30,765 bases of DNA. Origin: a virus (Duplodnaviria; Caudoviricetes). Under the pieces are notes generated by a model, which saw only the letters and a program-made list of their open reading frames with translations, ran no database searches and had not been told where the DNA came from. The stretch spans positions 1 to 30,765 of the IMG/VR virus record IMGVR_UViG_3300048636_000041; one strand, written 5' to 3'. This document shows, one piece after another, positions 24,233-30,765 of this stretch (position 1 is the stretch's first letter; each line of letters opens with the position of its first letter). Made by a program: the position numbers and the translations under genes.

Positions 24233-27200
24233 TTATATATCCGATAATAAACCGCCTGGACGTTTCTCATCCATAAGTAATTGTTGAACTTGTCCTGCAA
24301 TCATATCCCCTAATACCGACATATCCTCTGCAGATCCTGCGCCGTCTCCACCGCTAACAGTACTCTGTGCTGTTCCGTCTGCCATATTGATACTGACAGA
24401 TACATTGTTAGTAGTTTCTCCCCCACCGCCAGTATTACCTATAACTGGTATAGACTTACCGTCTGGTAATGGAACTATTGCTTCATTGTACTTACCTTCT
24501 CCTACCAATCCTAGTGTTGGAGAAGTTACTGTGCCTCCAGAAGCAAAAGCTCTGAAGCCTCCTTCAGCTATTCCGCCCTTTGCGAACATCATAGCAAATA
24601 AGCTGTCAACTGCGTTATTCATGAACATTTGACCTACACCAAACGCTAATTGACTTAACATTGATTTAGCATCAAACTTACCTGTTCTAAATGCTTCTCC
24701 TAATGCGTTTTTGAAAGCTCCTGCAGCCATACCATGTACGTCTGATAGTTGTACACCAAATTCTGAGAAAACTTTACCCATTTCTGAATTATTGATTTTG
24801 AAAGTTCTATATTGTTGTTCTGAAGCTTTAAGAGCGCTACTATCTTGTTGGCTAATGAAATCTCCATTAACTTTTTTAAGACTGTTTATGTAGGCATCTG
24901 CTTCCTCTTTAGTAGCTCCAGCTTCCTGAGCTCCTGATCTTAGTAGTGCTTCCTTCTTAGACGCTCCATCTAGATTATTTAGAGTTGCGGATAGTTTTCC
25001 TTTTCCTCCCAATGCTGCTTCTATTTGTTCTAAAAGTTTGCATTGGTAGCTACTTAAGGATTTTCTTTCCTCATCAGATATTTTTCCGTCTTCATTTAAT
25101 GCAATTAATTGACTAAATGTGGCAAACCTTGCATCATACTTTCTCTGTGCATCTGTTTTCAATTCATCAGCTGCTTTAACAGCTTTGCCGCTGGCGCGTG
25201 CTATTTGAGCGTTACCCGCCCCTATCATCTCACCATTTACGTCAAACAACTTATTAAAGGTGTTGGTACTAATCTGAGCAAGTGTTTTTGCTTCGTCTCT
25301 GATCTTAACTACTTCTAGACCCAAAGAATCGAAGAATCCTGTCATATCTTTAAGAGATACCTCTTGTTCTATCTCTTGTAAGGTGCTATCCGCTCCATAG
25401 AACTCTGGTAATCCAGTCGTAGGATTCGCTGTACCTGCTCCACCTAACTTTTTAAGTAGGTCTGCTTCATCTTTATTAATATGAGCTAAAAGTGTATCAC
25501 CATTACGGCCTTTGTTACGCGGATCCTGTAATTTACCACCTTCAGAGAATTTTTCTCTAGTTATAGCGTTTACTCCATGAGTCTTACCTAAGTCTATTAC
25601 GTTATCCATTATACTCTTGTTAGACTCATCTTCCTCCATATACCAATCAATTAGCTCAGATATAGATATTCCAATACCTACAGGCCCTGCACCCCATTTG
25701 AGGAATGACTTACCAAATCTAGCTGCTTTAGACGCTACGGAGACCTTACTATTAGTAGGTATCCCAGTACCTGAGAACGGTAACCTGTTCTGTGGGAATA
25801 AACTCAACTGAGAAGGCCCTCTACCATGTGTAGCTAAATCCTTAATGAACTGTTTCTTCCACTTATCTGTGTATACGTTCTTAGAATCTATTCCAGGAAG
25901 CGGAGCTTGGTACCCTGTACCTTTTAGCCATTTACTATCAAACCCTTGGCCGCTACCAAATAAGTTAGTCTGTTTCAGGTTTTTAGAAACATGGCTAGGA
26001 GCGTCAGTCAGCTTAGAGAATATAGACTTAGTCATATTCTTACGCTTATGTTTACCTAACTGCCAGTCAAACCTGCCCTTAGGTAGTTCATCTGCAGAGG
26101 AAACCCAAATTTTCTTACCACTAATGCGGTCAGTAAATAATTTGTTACCCTTATTACCTGTCCAAGTACCAGACTTTTTATTGTTATTTTGTTGCCCAAG
26201 AGGCTTAGAGTAATCCCATACAGGACCACCTTGTGCGAATCCGTCTCCGTCTTTTGAAAAACCGTAATATTTTTGAAAAGCTCTGTCACTCATATTAAGC
26301 TTATCTTGATTAAATTTTGCCTTAATAGACATTTTAGGAATAACAGGTGGTTTAAATCCACCTCCCGCGATCTTTAATTCTTTCCACATAGCCGTTTTAG
26401 CCAAGCTATTATTAACTTGGTTGAATCCGCCTTCTACTGTGTGTTCTTTATTTATTTTAGCTCTTAAGGTAGACCACTCTGCCTTAGTCATATTACCACC
26501 GTACTTGGGATAAGTAATATTACCTGTAGGAAATTTAGGTATATATTGACTACCACGTCCACCACCACTTCCGCCCATTATACTACGACCGCCACCGCTT
26601 CCACCCATTCCGCCAAAACCTTGACCAAATAGACCCAAACCAGGTACACTTCCGCCCATAGCATAGCCTTCAGCACCAGTTACGAAATCATAGGCTCTGC
26701 TTATAGCGTCACTTATCTTATCGTATAATAGGTAGCCTGTACCCGCTACTCCTCCTGTTTTAAGTACTTTTCCAGCATTGCTTTTTAAGAAAGTCTTAGT
26801 TTTATCTATAGCTCTCTGCAAATGGGTTGACTCATTTATGGCAGGAGTAAGTGTTATACCTCGCTCTGCTAGTATCTTTTTATACGCGTCGGAAGCTCTT
26901 TTAGAGGCAGGTGTGTACTCTCCCCCGTCTACTTCCGTTATTTGTGGTTGATGCTTAAATAACTCCTTAAAATAATGGGGGGAGTATACTCCTTTTCCAG
27001 AATCCATAGATAAGAACATCTTGTGTCCACCAGGCTTATTTAAGATATAACGTATGGCTCCTGCCTTTTCACCGTCTTTAAATCCGGTTAAGGTTCCGCT
27101 AGTACCCCCCGGCTCCATATAATGCTCAAAAGTAATACCGCCACTAAATCTTCCGGAATTTATTGCCTTAAGAGCCTTACTATGGTCTGCAACCTTAGTT

Positions 27201-30200
27201 TTAGCTACTGATTTAGGCTGTCTTACGCCTCCTCCTATGTCCTGCATCATAAGCCCGGTCCCAATAGCTGCACTACCCACTAAACTATTGTTTATATGAG
27301 GCTCAGATAATTTTCCACCGTGAGCGAATGCTGTTGGCTCTAACCACTCTTCCCAATTTTTAAGTACCTTATCGGACCATTCTTCCATTGGCTGGCCTGG
27401 TAGTTGTAAATCCGTACTCTTATTATGTTCTTTTAATAAAGAGGATATTTTAGCATCCTGTTCCTCAGTACTACCAAAAGCCTCAAATGTTTTGTTCTTT
27501 TTATGAGGCTCAGATAATTTTCCACCGTGAGCGAATGCTGGAACCTTATCTTGATTTATTGCTTCTATTAAAGACTCATGTTTCTTAGTAGAAGCTGCAT
27601 TAATAACATACTCACCATTAGATAGCCATGCAGGAATCTTGTCTTCCGTAGGACCGCCTGGACCTGAAATATGCCCTCCGCTGGCAAGACCGTTTATAAA
27701 TCGTTGATTTCTACGGTAGTCGCGGTTCTCTTGTACTGCCCCAGACTCCTTGGGCCATCTATTAAGGTATTGCTTTTCCTCTTCTCTCCAATCTAAATTA
27801 TCTGAATCCATGCCTAAGTAAGGATTAGTATTTATAGTTACAGCAGAATCTAAATTAATGCGTTTAGTAATTTCCTTAGTAATAGCTTGTTCTGCTATCA
27901 ATCTTGCTTTAGTTAGAGAATTAATCGTTTCTGCTAATACCTTTTCTTTTCTTATCGCTTCTAGGTTTCTTCTCTGCTGTTCTACTTCCTCAAAATCATT
28001 TTTCCATAATTTAAGTGCTTGGTTTTCCTCTTCTTGCCAAGGTAAAGTATTTGTATCCATACCTAAGTAAGGATTGGTATTTATAGGTACAGCAGTTGTT
28101 TGTAGTTTTTCTACTAAATTATCTACAGAGTCCGAAGCTTCGTCTGTAACTTCCTTAATCCAGCTAAATCCAAGATTATCGATGAACTTCTCTATAGCAT
28201 TTTTAGCTTCCATCTGTTCATGCTCGAACTCAGCTTGGAACATTAGAGTATCTAGATTATCATTTTGTGATGCTACCGAACTCCATTGTTCTGGTATTTT
28301 GTATTGGTACCCTTCCCCTGCTCCATATGATCTACCCAGTTGTTTAGGCGTCTTATTACGCACCTCATCTGACAAAAGTTGTGTATTACTATCCCCTAGC
28401 CAGTCAGGAAAAAGGGTTTGTATAGCCTTTCTCATATTATCAGGGAACAGCTTAACTGCCATATGGAATTCTTTAGCGGCACTGAACATTATGTCAGCGG
28501 CAGGTTTCATGTCTATACTAAAGTTATTTATTTCATCTGAATATTTTTTATTCCCAGGATCGGTGTTATATTTGATATCACTTAATAAACTGGCGGTAGA
28601 CTGTAAATTATCTGAGTCTCTGATTGCTCTTTTTTCTTGCTCTTCTGCCATTCTAGCTGCTTCTGCTAACTTATCTTTCTCGAAAGGAGACATCATAGCT
28701 TTCTTCATCTGTGCAGTACCTTGGTCTATTAGCTGGTCCCCTATGCCTCTCCAAGTATTATTCCAAAACTCGTCCCAGCCCTTTTCTCCATATAGTCCTT
28801 TGTCGTTCTTAAGGTTTTCTGCCATTCTATCAAGAGGGTCTAAGAAGGCGGCCCCCCATAAATCTGCTGCAAAAGTAATATTATCTCTAAAATTATCATT
28901 GAATTCTTCTAAGCGATAATGCATTTCATTACCGAAAGTATTTCTGAGCTCCTCTCCACTTACAACTCTGTCTTCCAGGGTACGTTTCTGTACTTCGTGC
29001 TGCTCTTTTAAATTGTCTAAAATTCTAGAATGATTTTCTATTTTTAGCAAGTCTTGATCTAGTAAAAGACCGTTTAACTCTAGTTGTAACTCGATTTGAG
29101 TATTCTTATCATCCCCTACTTTACGGAGCTCATCCTCTACATTTAATATTTTCTGATGAGTTGCTAAGAACTTATTATTATATACAGTCTCTTGTTGATT
29201 ATCCTTTTTGTGGAAAGATGATAGAGTTTTGAATAAGTCAAATTCTTTCTCAAGAATCTCTAGTTTCTTCTCTGCATTTGTTAATTCACCTGAACGCATA
29301 GCGTTTAGATCTATATAGGCTTTTAAGTAACTTTCTTCTAGCGTTATCTGCGCTTGTCTAAGTATATTTAATTCCTTTTGATTTTCTAAGGCTTTTTTGT
29401 TATGTGTAGCACCTACTTTAGTGCTTAGAGATATTTGTTTATTGATGGATGTTTCTTCAAGTTTTAACTTTAATAATCTTTGAGTTAAGTCAAAAGCCGT
29501 TTTTTGACTAGCAGTATGTAGAGACTCAAAGTCATACATATCCTTATAAATATCTCTTAAGTCTGAGGCGTGTGATACGATATCTTCAATCTTAGAACGT
29601 CTATCAGCTAATTCTGCTGTTTTTAGTTCTATACTAAGTATCTCATGTTTAACTTCATTCTCTTTTGTATATGCTTTTAATCTTTTTGCCGATAAAATTG
29701 ACTCTGCATCTATAATGCTCCTCTTTTCCTCTCCATCCTTCAGGGTTGATGCATTAATTTTGTCTTGAAATTTTATAAATCTTTCGCCCTCTATCATTAC
29801 TTTACTCATGTAATCTAACTCTTGAGTAGTGGATTTATTATTAGCGGTACCCGTATTTAAAGATTGTTGGCTTATACTACCTAGAGCTGCTTTAGCTTCT
29901 ATTAGTGAACGCTGTATACTCAAAGATTGGGTCTCTAAATCAATCTTTTCTTTTAAACTACTATTCATTTTTCTAAAGAGAATAGCTTCTTCTCCTGCTA
30001 GTTTTGTTTTTTCTACTGCTTGCTTATTTCTTAATATATCATTCTTAAGCATAGCCTGTGCCTTCTTCACTTCATCCTTCATGGTTGAGATAGTGCCTTC
30101 ATTTAGCCTTATCTCCATGTCTAGGATCGCTACTCTTTTTGCAATCGCTTGATTCTCTTTAATGAGGGACTTTTCTAAATTAGAAGAGCTAAGCCCTGTA

Positions 30201-30763
30201 CCTATAACGGAGGCATTTCTAGATAAATCCTGTGCGGCTAACTTTGCTAATATGAAGGCGGCCTGCACCGCGTGGGCATATACCGCCATCAGTTCTACAG
30301 ATTTAGAAGCTGCCTCCCAAGTACTCGCAGCTTCTAATCCGAAGTCTCCTATCTCTTTTAATCCTGTTATACCTTCAAGCTTTGATATTTCCTGTAGAGT
30401 TTTTTCTAACTCAATATAAGGTTCTAAAGCTGCTTGTACTGCAGTCTGCTCGATACTATGCTTGGTCAGATAGATGTTACTCAAATATTTAGCGAACTTC
30501 TTTTGAATTAGTTTGTCTGTACCTGGAGCATCGTAGATACCTGTAACTACAGGAATTATCTTTATAGTAGCCACGACGTCATCAAAAAGAGGTATGCCAC
30601 CCTCGACTGCTAACTTCTTCTTATACGCATTATACGCCCTTTCCTTTATTCTAGGCACTTCTTCAGCATAGAACTTATCATATAGTTCTTTAATTCTTCC
30701 TAAGACCTCTTCTTTATTATTAGGAGTTATAATACCTTTTAAACCTTCAAGAGCATCCATCGC
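24233..30763 (-). CDS. Tape measure protein, >=2175 aa, 5' end probably outside window; C-terminal half is a GG-motif cassette array
   Basis: Long helical/coiled-coil N-half; LASGG..WLSNGEYVINA and FASGG..VGE..EAIVPL motifs; terminal EKRPGGLL; immediately upstream of gpM. Frame is open past ATG 30760 to the window edge. Confidence 0.9.
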   Translation of the reverse strand, partial: AMDALEGLKGIITPNNKEEVLGRIKELYDKFYAEEVPRIKERAYNAYKKKLAVEGGIPLFDDVVATIKIIPVVTGIYDAPGTDKLIQKKFAKYLSNIYLTKHSIEQTAVQAALEPYIELEKTLQEISKLEGITGLKEIGDFGLEAASTWEAASKSVELMAVYAHAVQAAFILAKLAAQDLSRNASVIGTGLSSSNLEKSLIKENQAIAKRVAILDMEIRLNEGTISTMKDEVKKAQAMLKNDILRNKQAVEKTKLAGEEAILFRKMNSSLKEKIDLETQSLSIQRSLIEAKAALGSISQQSLNTGTANNKSTTQELDYMSKVMIEGERFIKFQDKINASTLKDGEEKRSIIDAESILSAKRLKAYTKENEVKHEILSIELKTAELADRRSKIEDIVSHASDLRDIYKDMYDFESLHTASQKTAFDLTQRLLKLKLEETSINKQISLSTKVGATHNKKALENQKELNILRQAQITLEESYLKAYIDLNAMRSGELTNAEKKLEILEKEFDLFKTLSSFHKKDNQQETVYNNKFLATHQKILNVEDELRKVGDDKNTQIELQLELNGLLLDQDLLKIENHSRILDNLKEQHEVQKRTLEDRVVSGEELRNTFGNEMHYRLEEFNDNFRDNITFAADLWGAAFLDPLDRMAENLKNDKGLYGEKGWDEFWNNTWRGIGDQLIDQGTAQMKKAMMSPFEKDKLAEAARMAEEQEKRAIRDSDNLQSTASLLSDIKYNTDPGNKKYSDEINNFSIDMKPAADIMFSAAKEFHMAVKLFPDNMRKAIQTLFPDWLGDSNTQLLSDEVRNKTPKQLGRSYGAGEGYQYKIPEQWSSVASQNDNLDTLMFQAEFEHEQMEAKNAIEKFIDNLGFSWIKEVTDEASDSVDNLVEKLQTTAVPINTNPYLGMDTNTLPWQEEENQALKLWKNDFEEVEQQRRNLEAIRKEKVLAETINSLTKARLIAEQAITKEITKRINLDSAVTINTNPYLGMDSDNLDWREEEKQYLNRWPKESGAVQENRDYRRNQRFINGLASGGHISGPGGPTEDKIPAWLSNGEYVINAASTKKHESLIEAINQDKVPAFAHGGKLSEPHKKNKTFEAFGSTEEQDAKISSLLKEHNKSTDLQLPGQPMEEWSDKVLKNWEEWLEPTAFAHGGKLSEPHINNSLVGSAAIGTGLMMQDIGGGVRQPKSVAKTKVADHSKALKAINSGRFSGGITFEHYMEPGGTSGTLTGFKDGEKAGAIRYILNKPGGHKMFLSMDSGKGVYSPHYFKELFKHQPQITEVDGGEYTPASKRASDAYKKILAERGITLTPAINESTHLQRAIDKTKTFLKSNAGKVLKTGGVAGTGYLLYDKISDAISRAYDFVTGAEGYAMGGSVPGLGLFGQGFGGMGGSGGGRSIMGGSGGGRGSQYIPKFPTGNITYPKYGGNMTKAEWSTLRAKINKEHTVEGGFNQVNNSLAKTAMWKELKIAGGGFKPPVIPKMSIKAKFNQDKLNMSDRAFQKYYGFSKDGDGFAQGGPVWDYSKPLGQQNNNKKSGTWTGNKGNKLFTDRISGKKIWVSSADELPKGRFDWQLGKHKRKNMTKSIFSKLTDAPSHVSKNLKQTNLFGSGQGFDSKWLKGTGYQAPLPGIDSKNVYTDKWKKQFIKDLATHGRGPSQLSLFPQNRLPFSGTGIPTNSKVSVASKAARFGKSFLKWGAGPVGIGISISELIDWYMEEDESNKSIMDNVIDLGKTHGVNAITREKFSEGGKLQDPRNKGRNGDTLLAHINKDEADLLKKLGGAGTANPTTGLPEFYGADSTLQEIEQEVSLKDMTGFFDSLGLEVVKIRDEAKTLAQISTNTFNKLFDVNGEMIGAGNAQIARASGKAVKAADELKTDAQRKYDARFATFSQLIALNEDGKISDEERKSLSSYQCKLLEQIEAALGGKGKLSATLNNLDGASKKEALLRSGAQEAGATKEEADAYINSLKKVNGDFISQQDSSALKASEQQYRTFKINNSEMGKVFSEFGVQLSDVHGMAAGAFKNALGEAFRTGKFDAKSMLSQLAFGVGQMFMNNAVDSLFAMMFAKGGIAEGGFRAFASGGTVTSPTLGLVGEGKYNEAIVPLPDGKSIPVIGNTGGGGETTNNVSVSINMADGTAQSTVSGGDGAGSAEDMSVLGDMIAGQVQQLLMDEKRPGGLLSDI
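27295..27540. repeat. 39-bp exact direct repeat (27295-27333, 27502-27540) in TMP
   Basis: tatgaggctcagataattttccaccgtgagcgaatgctg = AFAHGGKLSEPH, 207 nt apart. Confidence 0.92.
27806..28095. repeat. 41-bp near-identical repeat (27806-27846, 28055-28095) in TMP
   Basis: AVxINTNPYLGMD twice; 3 mismatches; 249 nt apart. Confidence 0.88.
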
Positions 30764-30765
30764 AC

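Noticed and set aside
27295-28095. CRISPR array
   Set aside because: Only two copies per repeat, in frame within a CDS, spacers >160 nt, and no cas genes.
32-30419. All plus-strand ORFs in the track
   Set aside because: They are antisense shadows of long minus-strand genes, mostly in codon register with them, with low-complexity V/S/P/L composition and no recognisable motifs.
30758-30765. ATG 30760 as true TMP start
   Set aside because: The frame is open to the window edge and no typical TMP N-terminus is visible; treated as partial.
1-30765. tRNA/rRNA genes, IS elements, host assignment
   Set aside because: The window is almost fully coding with no such signatures. Host and free-phage vs prophage status cannot be determined from this window.

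Overview
AT-rich phage DNA carrying a lambda-type (siphovirus) tail morphogenesis cluster, entirely on the minus strand. Read from right to left: a 5'-truncated tape measure protein (TMP), gpM-, gpL-, gpK-, gpI- and gpJ-like genes, an S74-chaperoned fibre, a run of small adaptor/fibre genes, a terminator, a perfect sigma70 promoter, two more adaptors, and a giant fibre ORF (>=2318 aa, 6954 to <1). The ORF track missed the giant ORF because it runs off the window. The gene order is ordinary but the proteins are not. (1) The C-terminal half of the TMP is an array of segments delimited by nine [F/Y/L/I]-[A/S]-x-G-G motifs. One segment is flanked by a 39-bp exact repeat, one carries a QLSLF sliding-clamp-type motif cluster, and one looks GNAT-like, suggesting an ejected, processed effector polyprotein encoded next to an intact JAB protease. 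(2) gpL and gpJ are decorated with recursively nested Cys/Trp micro-modules. (3) The giant fibre alternates GNVGIGT shaft segments with seven divergent lectin-like cassettes bounded by DNA-identical junctions. All functional assignments come from motif recognition and hand translation; no searches were run.
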